Source of the DNA: Candidatus Levyibacteriota bacterium
GTDB taxonomy: Bacteria; Patescibacteriota; Microgenomatia; Levybacterales; UBA12049
DNA length: 64,000 nucleotides
Assembly: GCA_052034235.1 (NCBI GenBank)
Contig: JBPOIT010000012.1
Span: 34,161 to 98,160 of the forward strand
Direction of reading: 5' to 3'
The notes under the pieces: model-generated
What the model was told of the DNA's origin: nothing
The model's database searches: none
What the model saw: the letters and a program-made list of their open reading frames with translations, nothing else
Translations under genes and position numbers: made by a program
In this document: positions 45,983-56,482 of the stretch, piece by piece
Numbering within the stretch: position 1 is the stretch's first letter
How the letters are laid out: each line of letters starts with the position of its first letter

Positions 45983-48958
45983 ATGACGACACGGATAGAA
46001 ATTGGCGCAACTGTTTTTGATACGAGAGCTGCCGCGCGAGTTAAAAAGTTTCAATCACTCGGCTACAAACAGATCTCAACTCTTTGGATTTTCGATGTCT
46101 ATACTATCGATAAGAATTTTACTCAGACGCAACTTGAAGACATCGCTTCAAGACTTGCAAATCCTCTGACCCAAAACTTCGCCATTGTAAATGGTTCAAC
46201 AAAACCTGCCACAAAGAAATTCGCCTTTGCTATAGAAATTGGTTTTCTCCCGGGCGTTACCGATAATGTTGCCCATACAACAAAGGAGATAATTGAAGAC
46301 GGATTAAAAACAAAATTCGCCGAAACTGAAGGCGTCTACACTTCACAAGTCACATTTGTTGACGGCAAACTAACAGCCGAGGAGGCAGATCAAATTGCAG
46401 CATCACTTTATAATCCACTGATTCAAAGAGCTCATGTCAAAACATATGCTCAATTTATAAAAGACAACGGCATGGATGTTATTGTTCCACAGGTAAAACT
46501 TTCTGCAAAACCAAATATCTCTGATGTAAATCTGAATGTCTCAGATGAAGAACTTACTGTTATCGGTAAACAAGGAATAGCAAATGCAGATGGAACAAGA
46601 CGCGGACCACTCGCGCTTGACTTAACGTACATGAAAACCATTCAAGCATATTTCAAAAAGCTGGGACGAAATCCTACTGATATTGAAATTGAATCAATAG
46701 GCCAAACGTGGTCTGAGCATTGCAAACACACAATTTTTGCAGATCCACTTGATGAATTGAAAGACGGATTATTTAAGACATATATTAAAGGTGCTACTGA
46801 GTTGATACGAAAGAAAAAATCTGCCAAAGGCGGATCCGGTGATTTTTGTATTTCTGTTTTTACTGATAACTCAGGAGGTATTGCACTTGATGAGACATAC
46901 ATGGTGACACATAAAGTCGAAACACATAACAGTCCGTCAGCACTTGATCCATTTGGCGGTGCAATTACTGGTATCGTCGGCGTGAATCGTGACACCATCG
47001 GATTTGGAATGGGCGCAAAACCTGTTGCGAATTTTTACGGTTATTGCTTTGCAGATCCTCGAGTTGATATCCCGCTTTTTAGAGATCAAAAACTCACAAA
47101 TAAAATGCTCTCGTCGTCAAGAATTATGAACGGTGTTATTGATGGTGTGAATGCAGGAGGTAACCAATCAGGAATTCCAACGCCGTTGGGTTTTGTTTAT
47201 TTTGATGAACGTTATCGCGGGAAACCACTTGTCATTGTTGGAACAGTTGGACTCATACCACGAAAAATAAAAACAAAACTATCACATGTTAAAAAAGCGA
47301 AACCCGGTGATTTAATAGTTATAATCGGCGGACGTGTTGGAAAAGACGGCATCCATGGTGCAACGTTTTCATCAGAGGCGCTTGATAGTGGAAGTCCAGC
47401 AGCAGCGGTCCAAATCGGCGATCCGATTACACAGAAAAAATTAAGTGATGCAATCGTAAAAGAAGCGCGCGACATGCTTTTATATAACAGCATAACTGAT
47501 AATGGCGCCGGTGGACTTTCCTGCTCTGTCGCCGAAATGGCTAAAGAATCAGGTGGAGCAAAAGTCGAACTTGAAAAAGTACCACTGAAATATCCTGGAC
47601 TTGATCCTTGGGAAATTTGGGTTTCGGAATCACAAGAACGAATGACATTGGCAATACCAAAAACCAAATGGAAGAAGTTTTTAGAACTCATGACACGACG
47701 AGGAGTCGAAGCAACAGTTATTGGTGAATTTACAAAAACAGAAAAATGCGTTGTCACCTTTAACGGCAAAACAATTATGGATATGGATATGACATTTCTT
47801 CATGACGGTCTACCTGCTAAACAATTAACAACAACCTATGTCAAACCACTTTTTGAAGAGACATCTGTACCCGAAGAAAAATCATTAACAAACTCTCTGA
47901 GTGAAATGCTAAGCAGATTAAATATCACCAGTTTTGAATTTATATCACAACAATATGATCACATTGTCCAAGGGAATGCGGTTCTCGGGCCACTCCAGGG
48001 AAGAGGACGTGTGAATGCTGAAACAGCAGTTATTCGTCCAGTTCTTGATTCAAATAAAGGTGTTGTTCTGTCTCAAGCACTCTACCCTACGTACTCTGAA
48101 ATTGATCCATATAATATGTCTGCCAGTGCAATTGATAGTGCAATCAGACAGGCAGTTGCAGCAGGCGCTGACCCCGACAAACTGGCACTGCTTGATAACT
48201 TCTGCTGGTGCAGCAGCAACGATCCTGAAAGACTAGGCCAGTTAAAACTAGCTGTCAAAGCATGTTTCGATTATGCAGTTGCATACGGTACTCCATATAT
48301 TTCCGGCAAAGATAGTATGTTTAATGACTTTAAAGGGTATGATGAAAATGGAAAACCAATCGCTATTTCAATCCCGCCAACACTTCTTATTTCAAGTATT
48401 GGTGTTATACCCGACATTACAAAAGTCGTGTCACTCGATGCAAAAGTTCCTGGCGATTTAGTGTATATTCTCGGTGAAACATTTGAAGAACTCGCAGGGT
48501 CAGAATATTTCCAGTTGAAAAATGCGATAAGTAACGCAGTACCCAAAGTTGATCCGCGAAAAAATAAACTTATGTATGATGCATTTTATCAAGCAGTCCA
48601 AAAAAATCTCATCGCATCAAGTATCAGTATTGGACGGGGTGGTATTGCAACAGCTCTTGCCAAAAAAGCAATCGGCGGACAACTGGGACTTTCAGTAAGT
48701 CTACAAAATTTACCAGGACAAATAAGTCGTGATGATTTTGCACTCTATTCTGAAAGCCAAGGAAGAATACTTGTAACTATTGCAAAAGAAAAGAAAACCG
48801 CATTTGAAAAAGCTTTTGCTGGAATGAGTTTTCTACAGATTGGAAGTGTAACCAAAGAGCAACTAGTAGCTGTTAAAGGATTAGGTGGAATTGAAATAAT
48901 AAATCTCGATCTAAAAAAAGCAACTGATTCATATAGAAAAACATTTAAGGATTATTAA
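45983..48958 (+). CDS. purL: FGAM synthase large subunit with two N-terminal PurS-like modules (PurS-PurS-PurL fusion)
   Basis: 991 aa. Residues 1-80 and ~85-170 each look like PurS ('GATVFDTRAAARVKKFQSLGY...'). The remainder is the PurL AIRS/AIRS_C duplication ('GGAITGIVGVNRD', 'SGKDSMFN'). Confidence 0.85.
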   Translation: MTTRIEIGATVFDTRAAARVKKFQSLGYKQISTLWIFDVYTIDKNFTQTQLEDIASRLANPLTQNFAIVNGSTKPATKKFAFAIEIGFLPGVTDNVAHTTKEIIEDGLKTKFAETEGVYTSQVTFVDGKLTAEEADQIAASLYNPLIQRAHVKTYAQFIKDNGMDVIVPQVKLSAKPNISDVNLNVSDEELTVIGKQGIANADGTRRGPLALDLTYMKTIQAYFKKLGRNPTDIEIESIGQTWSEHCKHTIFADPLDELKDGLFKTYIKGATELIRKKKSAKGGSGDFCISVFTDNSGGIALDETYMVTHKVETHNSPSALDPFGGAITGIVGVNRDTIGFGMGAKPVANFYGYCFADPRVDIPLFRDQKLTNKMLSSSRIMNGVIDGVNAGGNQSGIPTPLGFVYFDERYRGKPLVIVGTVGLIPRKIKTKLSHVKKAKPGDLIVIIGGRVGKDGIHGATFSSEALDSGSPAAAVQIGDPITQKKLSDAIVKEARDMLLYNSITDNGAGGLSCSVAEMAKESGGAKVELEKVPLKYPGLDPWEIWVSESQERMTLAIPKTKWKKFLELMTRRGVEATVIGEFTKTEKCVVTFNGKTIMDMDMTFLHDGLPAKQLTTTYVKPLFEETSVPEEKSLTNSLSEMLSRLNITSFEFISQQYDHIVQGNAVLGPLQGRGRVNAETAVIRPVLDSNKGVVLSQALYPTYSEIDPYNMSASAIDSAIRQAVAAGADPDKLALLDNFCWCSSNDPERLGQLKLAVKACFDYAVAYGTPYISGKDSMFNDFKGYDENGKPIAISIPPTLLISSIGVIPDITKVVSLDAKVPGDLVYILGETFEELAGSEYFQLKNAISNAVPKVDPRKNKLMYDAFYQAVQKNLIASSISIGRGGIATALAKKAIGGQLGLSVSLQNLPGQISRDDFALYSESQGRILVTIAKEKKTAFEKAFAGMSFLQIGSVTKEQLVAVKGLGGIEIINLDLKKATDSYRKTFKDY

Positions 48959-48960
48959 GT

Positions 48961-49764
48961 ATGAAAATAAAACCAAAAGCACTTATATTTTCAGGATACG
49001 GATTAAATTCAGAAGAAGAAACAGCTTATGGATTTGAAATGGCTGGAGCAACTGCTGACATTGTACATATCAATGATGTCATCGACGGCACATACAAACT
49101 AAAAAATTATCAGATCCTTTCGTTTCCCGGTGGATTCGCATACGGTGATGATACTGGTTCAGGAAATGCGTATGCCAATAAAATAAAAAATCATCTTTGG
49201 GAAGAAGTTAAAACGTTTATAGAAAGAGACACATTGGTAATCGGTATCTGTAACGGTTGCCAGATTGTTAATAATTTAGGCCTCGTTCCGGCATTTGAAA
49301 AACAGTATGGAGAGCGTCAGGTTGCCTTGCAGCATAATGAATCAGCTCGTCTTGTGTGCAGATGGATTGACATGAAAGTAACAGCCAAAACACCATGGCT
49401 TACCGGTATTGAAACACTTTCGCTACCAATTGCTCATGGAGAAGGAAAATTCTATACCTCCACAGAAAACTTAAAAAAACTTCATGCTAATAAACAAATT
49501 GCACTTCAGTATGTCACAGGTCCTATGAGTACTTATCTGGATTTACCTGCAAATCCTAACGGTGCAATTGATGATATCGCTGGTATAATTGATGAGACTG
49601 GTAAAATATTAGGACTTATGCCGCATCCAGAACGAGGCATGTTCTTTAGTCAAATGCCAAATTGGCCGGTACAAAAAGAAGAACTCTTAAGACAGAATAA
49701 AAAACTGCCAAAAGAGGGACCGGGTTTGCAACTGCTTAAGAATGCTGTACAATACTTTAGCTGA
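48961..49764 (+). CDS. purQ: FGAM synthase glutamine amidotransferase subunit
   Basis: 'ALIFSGYGLNSEEE', the catalytic 'GICNGCQ' and 'HPER' in a 267-aa protein. Confidence 0.9.
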   Translation: MKIKPKALIFSGYGLNSEEETAYGFEMAGATADIVHINDVIDGTYKLKNYQILSFPGGFAYGDDTGSGNAYANKIKNHLWEEVKTFIERDTLVIGICNGCQIVNNLGLVPAFEKQYGERQVALQHNESARLVCRWIDMKVTAKTPWLTGIETLSLPIAHGEGKFYTSTENLKKLHANKQIALQYVTGPMSTYLDLPANPNGAIDDIAGIIDETGKILGLMPHPERGMFFSQMPNWPVQKEELLRQNKKLPKEGPGLQLLKNAVQYFS

Positions 49765-49766
49765 AT

Positions 49767-50792
49767 ATGAATAATAAAAAGTATACAATCGCAACACTTG
49801 GAAGTCATTCATCTTTGCAAATATTAAAAGGCGCTAAAGATGAAGGTTTTCAAACGCTTATTATTTCAACACCTGAAACTGAAGCATTTTATAAAACATT
49901 TCCGTTTATTGATGAACATATAATTATTCCAAAATTTTCAGAATTTTCAACGATTGAAAAAACACTCATTGAAAAAAATGTGATTGTTATCCCCCATGGT
50001 TCGTTTGTTGCATACCTCGGCTCAGAAAAAAATAAAACAATGAAAGCTATGTATTTCGGAAATAAAAGTGTTCTTGATTGGGAAGAAGACAGACAAAAGC
50101 AACGAGAATGGTTAACAGAAGCAAAGATAAATGTGCCGGAGCAGTTTGACTTAAGCGATGAAAAGAAAAGACCAATTCAATATCCAATTATTGTTAAGTC
50201 ATATGGAGCAGCTGGTGGCAAAGGATATTTCTACGCCAGAGACCGAAAAGACTTCGACGCAAAAATGGAAACGTTTGGAAAGAAAAAATATGTTATTCAG
50301 GAATACATAATCGGCGTTCCACTGTATGTCCATTTCTTTTATTCACCACTTACTGACAAACTTGAAATTATGAGTATGGATAAAAGGTACGAAACAAACG
50401 TCGACTCACTTGGTAGAATTCCACTTGAAGGACAAAAAGGACTTGTTATCGAACCTTCATATGTCGTTGTTGGTAACAGTAGTCTTGTTCTCCGTGAAGG
50501 GATGCTGACAGAAGCTTACAATATGGGCAGACGAGTAATCGATGCCTCAAAAAAACTTATCGACAAACGCGGCATGTTCGGCCCATTCTGCGTGGAAACA
50601 ATCATCACACCAGACCAGCGATTCTATGTCATGGAAATTTCCTGTAGAATTGTTGCAGGAACCAATCTCTTTACCTATGGATCTCCCTATTCATGGCTCT
50701 ATTATGATGAACCAATGAGTACAGGACGAAGAATCGCCAGAGAAATAAAAAATGCTATTGCTGATAATACCCTGCCCCAAGTATTAGACTGA
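49767..50792 (+). CDS. purP: 5-formaminoimidazole-4-carboxamide ribonucleotide (FAICAR) synthetase, archaeal-type formate-dependent PurP
   Basis: 'IATLGSHSSLQILKGAKDEGF', 'HGSFVAYLG', 'YFGN', 'HFFYSPL', 'MDKRYETN' and 'MGRRVIDASKKL...MFGPFCVE' closely track the M. jannaschii PurP family (DUF1246/DUF1297). Confidence 0.85.
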   Translation: MNNKKYTIATLGSHSSLQILKGAKDEGFQTLIISTPETEAFYKTFPFIDEHIIIPKFSEFSTIEKTLIEKNVIVIPHGSFVAYLGSEKNKTMKAMYFGNKSVLDWEEDRQKQREWLTEAKINVPEQFDLSDEKKRPIQYPIIVKSYGAAGGKGYFYARDRKDFDAKMETFGKKKYVIQEYIIGVPLYVHFFYSPLTDKLEIMSMDKRYETNVDSLGRIPLEGQKGLVIEPSYVVVGNSSLVLREGMLTEAYNMGRRVIDASKKLIDKRGMFGPFCVETIITPDQRFYVMEISCRIVAGTNLFTYGSPYSWLYYDEPMSTGRRIAREIKNAIADNTLPQVLD

Positions 50793-50793
50793 C

Positions 50794-52341
50794 ATGACAA
50801 ATAGTAAAACAACACATAAAACATCATACGCACTCATCAGTGTTTTTGACAAAGCAGGAATTCTCGACTTAGCAAAAACATTTGTAGAGAAGAATATTAA
50901 AATAATTTCAACCGGTGGTACTGCTAAATACCTTAAAGAAAATAACATTGACATAATCCCCATTGAAGATATAACCAAAATGCCTGAGAGTTTTGATGGA
51001 AGAATGAAGACAATCAGTTTTGAAATCGCATCAGGAATACTCTATGACAGACACAACACGTCGCATCAAGAACAAGCAGAAAAATTACAAACTCCTCACA
51101 TCGATTATATCGTTTGCAATTTTTATGATTTCTGGAAAAAACCAGGGATTGAAATGATTGATGTCGGCGGCCCAACAATGGTTCGTGCAGCTGCAAAAAA
51201 TTATCAAAGCGTCACAGTGCTGGTAAACCCTGACGACTACAGTGTCGTTATAGAAGAAATTAAAACCAAAGGACAACCAAGTGAAGAACTTCGTAAAGTA
51301 CTCGCAGGAACAGCTTTTTCCTACGTTGCAGAATATGACGCACTGATTGCAAATTATTTTCAAAAAGACGTCGATAGTGCAGATTGGTTCATTTCACTGC
51401 GAAACGGTAAGCGCCTGCGTTACGGAGAAAATCCTCATCAACAGGGCGAATTTTTTAAAGATCTTGAAGATACAGATGCGCTCGGACTTGGCAATTATGA
51501 AATGCTCCAGGGAAAAGAAATTTCATACAGCAATTATCTCGATTTAGACGGCGGTCTTCAGGCACTTTCCTGTATCGGACAAGAAAAACCAGCATGTGTT
51601 ATCTTAAAACACACCAACCCATGCGGCGCTGCACTTGGGAAAGATTTGAAAGACGCATTTCATAAAGCATGGTTTGAAGGAGATCCACTTGCTGCATTTG
51701 GTGGCATCATTTTCTTTAACAGACCTGTTGATGGAAAACTTGCAGAATATATGTTGGCTGATCGAAAGTTTTTTGAAATCATCGCCGCACCTGAATTTAC
51801 AAAAGAAGCACGAGATTTATTTAAAATAAAACCCAATTTGCGTCTTCTAGAAAACAAAGCACTGAGTAAACCTCAATTAGAGCCATATAGAGAAATTAAA
51901 AGAGTTCGGGGAGGATTTCTTGTACAAGACACTGATGTCAAAGTTCTTGATAAAAAAGCATTAAATGTTGTGACAAAGAAAAAACCAACCTCATCACAAA
52001 TTGAAGATATGCTTTTTGCCTGGGAAATCTCACGGGTTAGTAAATCAAATTGTGTGGTTGCTGTAAAAGACGGAGTGCTTCTCGCATCGGGAGTTGGACA
52101 ACAAGATAGAAAGCGCTGTTGTGAATTATGTGTTAGTAAAGCCCTTAAACCATTAACTGGAGCTGTCGCAGCAACCGACGGCTTTTTTCCTTTCAGAGAT
52201 GGACCTGATGTCTTGATCAAAGCGGGAGTGACTGCCATAATTCAACCAGGCGGCTCAATTAGAGATCAGGAAACAATTGACGCCTGTAACGAAGCAGGAA
52301 TAACCATGATCATGACAGGTGTCAGAGCATTTAAACATTAA
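50794..52341 (+). CDS. purH: Bifunctional AICAR transformylase / IMP cyclohydrolase
   Basis: 515 aa. The MGS-like N-terminus is 'ALISVFDKAGILDLAKTFVEKNIKIISTGGTAKYL' and the AICARFT domain carries 'VVAVKDGVLLASGVGQQDR'. Confidence 0.85.
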   Translation: MTNSKTTHKTSYALISVFDKAGILDLAKTFVEKNIKIISTGGTAKYLKENNIDIIPIEDITKMPESFDGRMKTISFEIASGILYDRHNTSHQEQAEKLQTPHIDYIVCNFYDFWKKPGIEMIDVGGPTMVRAAAKNYQSVTVLVNPDDYSVVIEEIKTKGQPSEELRKVLAGTAFSYVAEYDALIANYFQKDVDSADWFISLRNGKRLRYGENPHQQGEFFKDLEDTDALGLGNYEMLQGKEISYSNYLDLDGGLQALSCIGQEKPACVILKHTNPCGAALGKDLKDAFHKAWFEGDPLAAFGGIIFFNRPVDGKLAEYMLADRKFFEIIAAPEFTKEARDLFKIKPNLRLLENKALSKPQLEPYREIKRVRGGFLVQDTDVKVLDKKALNVVTKKKPTSSQIEDMLFAWEISRVSKSNCVVAVKDGVLLASGVGQQDRKRCCELCVSKALKPLTGAVAATDGFFPFRDGPDVLIKAGVTAIIQPGGSIRDQETIDACNEAGITMIMTGVRAFKH

Positions 52342-53432
52342 TGGATACAAAGCAAATTACCATAGCAACACTCGGAAGTCATTCAGCACTTGAGGTATGT
52401 CGAGGGGCAAAGGATGAAGGATTTAAAAATGTCGTTGTCTGCCAAAAAGGTCGTGAGGCAACTTATGCCAAATATTACAAAACAAACGGCTCAACAGGTT
52501 GTGTTGATGATGTCATCCTCGTTGATTCATTTAAAGATGTCTTAAAACCGGAAATCCAAAAACAGCTCATCGACCGCAACAGTATATTTATCCCCAATAG
52601 ATCTTTTGAAGTGTATATCAATGACTACAACGCAATTGAAAATGATTTTAAAGTCAAAATGTACGGCAATAAAAAAATTCTTCGAATTGAAGAACGAGGT
52701 TTCAAACCAAACCAATATGATCTTTTAGATGCAGCACGCATTCGTTATCCAAAACAATTTTCAGATCCAAAAGACATTGATTGTGTCTGTCTTGTAAAAG
52801 TGCTTGAACAAGAAAGAGGATTTGAAAGAGCATTTTTTATCGTTGATAGTTTTGAAGATTTCAAAAAACAAACTGATGAAAAAATCAGTAAAGGTATTTT
52901 CACTGAGGAACAATTAGGTAAAGCAGTTATAGAAGAATTCATCGTTGGTGTTCAAGTTAATTTTAATTATTACTATTCCCCGATTCATGATCGTTTGGAA
53001 CTGCTTGGAACTGATACCAGACGACAAACAAATTTTGAAGGCATAACCAAACTTCCTGTTGTGTATCAGGAAGAAGTACTCAAAAAAATGTCAATCAAAT
53101 ATGAAGAAGCAAGTCATACAGCTGTGACAGTTCTTGAATCACTGCTTGAACCGGTTTTTGAAATCGGTGAACGATTTGTAAAAGCATCAAAAGAACTTTC
53201 CTCACCTGGCGTCATCGGTCCATTTGCACTGCAATCATTTATCATCCCCGGTCCTCCAAAAAAAGATATCGTCGTCATCGATGTCTCGCCTCGCTATCCA
53301 GGATCTCCAGGCATTACGGCAACACCTTACAGCGGTTATCTTTTTGGAAAGTCGGTCAATGTCGGAAAGCGCATTGCTATGGAAATCAAAGAAGCAGTAG
53401 AATTAAAGAGACTTGATGAAATAATTTCATAA
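52341..53432 (+). CDS. Second, more divergent PurP-family ATP-grasp paralogue
   Basis: The N-terminus 'ITIATLGSHSALEVCRGAKDEGF' and C-terminus 'IGPFALQSFI', 'GKRIAMEIKEA' mark the PurP family. The middle is more divergent than in the 49767 copy. Confidence 0.75.
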   Translation: MDTKQITIATLGSHSALEVCRGAKDEGFKNVVVCQKGREATYAKYYKTNGSTGCVDDVILVDSFKDVLKPEIQKQLIDRNSIFIPNRSFEVYINDYNAIENDFKVKMYGNKKILRIEERGFKPNQYDLLDAARIRYPKQFSDPKDIDCVCLVKVLEQERGFERAFFIVDSFEDFKKQTDEKISKGIFTEEQLGKAVIEEFIVGVQVNFNYYYSPIHDRLELLGTDTRRQTNFEGITKLPVVYQEEVLKKMSIKYEEASHTAVTVLESLLEPVFEIGERFVKASKELSSPGVIGPFALQSFIIPGPPKKDIVVIDVSPRYPGSPGITATPYSGYLFGKSVNVGKRIAMEIKEAVELKRLDEIIS

Positions 53433-53433
53433 T

Positions 53434-54828
53434 ATGAGTGACCAAAAATTACCTTTTTCAGAACTAACAGCAATCTCGCCACTTGATGGACGTTATCGGT
53501 CACGTGTTGAAGAACTCGCACCCGTTGTCTCGGAATATGCCCTCATCAAATTTCGCATGGAAATCGAAATTACATATTTACTCGCACTATCTGAAGCAGA
53601 GGTGACACGACCATTTACTGATGATGAAAAACAATTGCTCCAAACAATTCTTAACGACACTAGTTTTGAAAGTATTGAAAAAGTAAAAGAAACAGAGAAC
53701 CAAACACGACATGACGTTAAAGCAATGGAGAGAACGCTTCGTTCATTACTTGAAAACACCTCACTTAAAGATCAAATTGAAATGATTCATATCGGACTCA
53801 CATCCGAGGATATTAATAATATCGCTTATCGATTGATACTCACACGCGGAACAGCTGTTGTTTTACATACCCTTGAAGAACTGATTGATGAGTTGGTAAC
53901 TCGTTCAAAAGAGTTCCGCTCAGTTCCCATGCTTGCCCGAACGCATGGACAACCAGCAGTCCCAACAACAGTCGGGAAAGAACTTTCAACCTTTGCAATT
54001 CGTCTTAATAGACAAGTGAGAAAATTACAAAAGCAAAAACTAACAGGAAAGTTAAACGGTGCGGTTGGTAGTTTTAATGCCTTACAATATGTCTTCCCTA
54101 AAACAGACTGGCCAGCATTTTCTGAAAAGTTTATTTCATCGTTTGGACTAACTCCAAATCTTTTTACAACACAAATAAATCAATATGATGATGTTATCGA
54201 GTATCTACAAATCATCCATAGAATTAACGGCATACTGATCGATTTTAATCAGGACATGTGGAGATATATCAGTGATGAATGGTTTGTCCAGGTTGCGAAA
54301 AAAGGAGAAGTCGGATCATCAACAATGCCGCAAAAAGTTAATCCAATTGATTTTGAAAATGCTGAAGGAAACTTGGGAATTGCTAATGGCATTATCGAAT
54401 CAATGTCCAGAAAACTGGTTATTTCAAGACTGCAAAGAGATTTATCAGACAGTACAACCATTAGAAACTACGGATCAATTCTTGCGTATGGGCTCGTAGG
54501 ATATAAAAGTATTCTAACCGGACTTGGACGAGTAAATCCAAATGTTGAAAAAATCTCACAGGAATTAAACAAAGAATGGGCCATTTTAGGTGAAGGTGTT
54601 CAAACACTTTTACGAAAAGTAGGAGTTGAAGATCCATATTCACTCATTTCATCTTTAACACGTGGTGAGAAAGTTGATGCAAAGCAGTGGACAGAGTGGG
54701 TTAAAAATCTTCCGGTTGCTGATGAAACAAAAACAATCTTACAAAATCTGACGCCCGAAACATATATCGGTTTGGCTCCAGAACTTACTGATAAAGCACT
54801 TGCAGAGATTGAAGAATCGAGAAAATAA
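53434..54828 (+). CDS. purB: Adenylosuccinate lyase
   Basis: It has the fumarate-lyase signature 'GSSTMPQKVNPIDFENAEGN' and is 464 aa. Confidence 0.9.
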   Translation: MSDQKLPFSELTAISPLDGRYRSRVEELAPVVSEYALIKFRMEIEITYLLALSEAEVTRPFTDDEKQLLQTILNDTSFESIEKVKETENQTRHDVKAMERTLRSLLENTSLKDQIEMIHIGLTSEDINNIAYRLILTRGTAVVLHTLEELIDELVTRSKEFRSVPMLARTHGQPAVPTTVGKELSTFAIRLNRQVRKLQKQKLTGKLNGAVGSFNALQYVFPKTDWPAFSEKFISSFGLTPNLFTTQINQYDDVIEYLQIIHRINGILIDFNQDMWRYISDEWFVQVAKKGEVGSSTMPQKVNPIDFENAEGNLGIANGIIESMSRKLVISRLQRDLSDSTTIRNYGSILAYGLVGYKSILTGLGRVNPNVEKISQELNKEWAILGEGVQTLLRKVGVEDPYSLISSLTRGEKVDAKQWTEWVKNLPVADETKTILQNLTPETYIGLAPELTDKALAEIEESRK

Positions 54829-55959
54829 GTGATGAAAAATCGAATTGGCATTGTTGGCGGTGGACAATTAGGAATAATGTTAACAGATGCTGCAAAAAAA
54901 TTAGGTTTTTCTGTCACCGTCATCGACCCCACTCCAAATAGCCCAGCAGGACAAGTTGCAGATCAACAAATCACAGCGCATTTTACTGATGAAAATGCAA
55001 TTAGAAAACTTGGCGAAGAATCTGACTTTTTAACATTTGAAATTGAGCTGGCCAACGCAAAAATCCTTGATGAACTTTCAGAACAAGGTTTGCAAATAAA
55101 TCCCTCTGCAAAAACATTAACGCTTATTAAAGATAAATTGGAACAAAAGAAATTTCTCCGCAAAAACGGAATTCCTGTTACTGATTTTGTAGGAGTCGAA
55201 ACCATAGATGACATAATTATTGCCGGACGTGAATTTGGCTATCCGTTTTTACTTAAAGCGCGTTTTGACGCATACGACGGAAGGGGCAATGCGCTCGTAA
55301 AAGAAGAAGCTCAAATTCAAGATGCATTTAATGGATTAGGAGGTAAATATTTATACGTAGAAAAATTTGTACCATTCATGAAAGAATTGGCTATAAATGT
55401 CGCTCGTAACAATAAAAATGAAATACTTTCTTATCCAGTTGTAGAAACCGTCCACAAAAATAATATCTGTCATATTGTTACAGCACCTGCACCCGTAAAT
55501 GATCTTGTAAAAGAACAAGCTAAAAAGTTTGGCGAAGAAACAATGAAACACCTGGGGGGTGCAGGGGTATTTGGAATTGAAATGTTTTTAACGGAAGAAG
55601 GAAATGTACTACTAAACGAAATCGCACCACGTGTTCATAATTCAGGACATTACACAATTGAAGCATGTCAAACATCACAATTTGAACAACATATACGCGC
55701 AGTAACCGGCATGCCCCTCGGATCAACTGAAATGATTGTTCCGGCAGCGGTGATGATCAATATTCTCGGCGAACGAAATGGAAAAGCAGAACCAAAAGGT
55801 ATTCAAGAAGCAGAAGCTATCACTGGTGTGAAAGTGCATATCTATGGTAAAATGGAAACACGAATTGAACGTAAAATGGGTCATCTGACAGCAGTCGCTG
55901 ATACTGTGGAAGAAGCAATGCAAAACGCTAAAAAAGCACGAGATCTAATAACTATATGA
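54829..55959 (+). CDS. purK: N5-carboxyaminoimidazole ribonucleotide synthase (ATP-grasp)
   Basis: '[29 protein letters not shown]' plus the ATP-grasp core. It is upstream of, and overlaps by 4 nt, purE. Confidence 0.8.
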   Translation: MMKNRIGIVGGGQLGIMLTDAAKKLGFSVTVIDPTPNSPAGQVADQQITAHFTDENAIRKLGEESDFLTFEIELANAKILDELSEQGLQINPSAKTLTLIKDKLEQKKFLRKNGIPVTDFVGVETIDDIIIAGREFGYPFLLKARFDAYDGRGNALVKEEAQIQDAFNGLGGKYLYVEKFVPFMKELAINVARNNKNEILSYPVVETVHKNNICHIVTAPAPVNDLVKEQAKKFGEETMKHLGGAGVFGIEMFLTEEGNVLLNEIAPRVHNSGHYTIEACQTSQFEQHIRAVTGMPLGSTEMIVPAAVMINILGERNGKAEPKGIQEAEAITGVKVHIYGKMETRIERKMGHLTAVADTVEEAMQNAKKARDLITI

Positions 55960-56480
55960 GCAAAATTATTGTAGGAATTATCATGGGATCAGATAGCGAT
56001 TTGCCTGTTATGCAGGATGCAGCGACGATGCTTACAGAATTTGGCATCACGTCCGAAGTTACAATCGTTTCTGCACATAGAACACCAGATAGAATGTATG
56101 AATATGCAAAAGATGCAGAAGCACGCGGAATGAAAGTAATCATTGCAGGAGCTGGCGGTTCAGCACATTTACCAGGAATGGTTGCGTCCCTTACTTCCCT
56201 TCCCGTCATCGGCGTCCCGATCAAAACAAAATCACTTGACGGACTTGATTCATTACTCTCAATAGTCCAAATGCCCCCCGGAATTCCCGTTGCAACTGTT
56301 GCCGTAAACGGCGCAAAAAATGCAGGCCTACTTGCTGCAAGAATTATTGGTCTTTCACATGAAGAAATCTCAGACAAAGTAAAAGTCTATCAAAAAGAAT
56401 TAGAAACGTCAGTTCTAGAGAAAGTCGATAAACTTGCAGATAATGGTTTTAAAAACTATCTCCTAGAGATGAAGAAATAA
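55956..56480 (+). CDS. purE: N5-CAIR mutase
   Basis: '[16 protein letters not shown]', '[17 protein letters not shown]' and 'PVIGVPI' in a 174-aa protein. Confidence 0.9.
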   Translation: MSKIIVGIIMGSDSDLPVMQDAATMLTEFGITSEVTIVSAHRTPDRMYEYAKDAEARGMKVIIAGAGGSAHLPGMVASLTSLPVIGVPIKTKSLDGLDSLLSIVQMPPGIPVATVAVNGAKNAGLLAARIIGLSHEEISDKVKVYQKELETSVLEKVDKLADNGFKNYLLEMKK

Positions 56481-56482
56481 TT

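Noticed and set aside
47212-47769. 185-aa minus-strand ORF
   Set aside because: It is antisense to the strongly supported purL; the Ser/Pro-rich translation is typical of a wrong-frame artefact.
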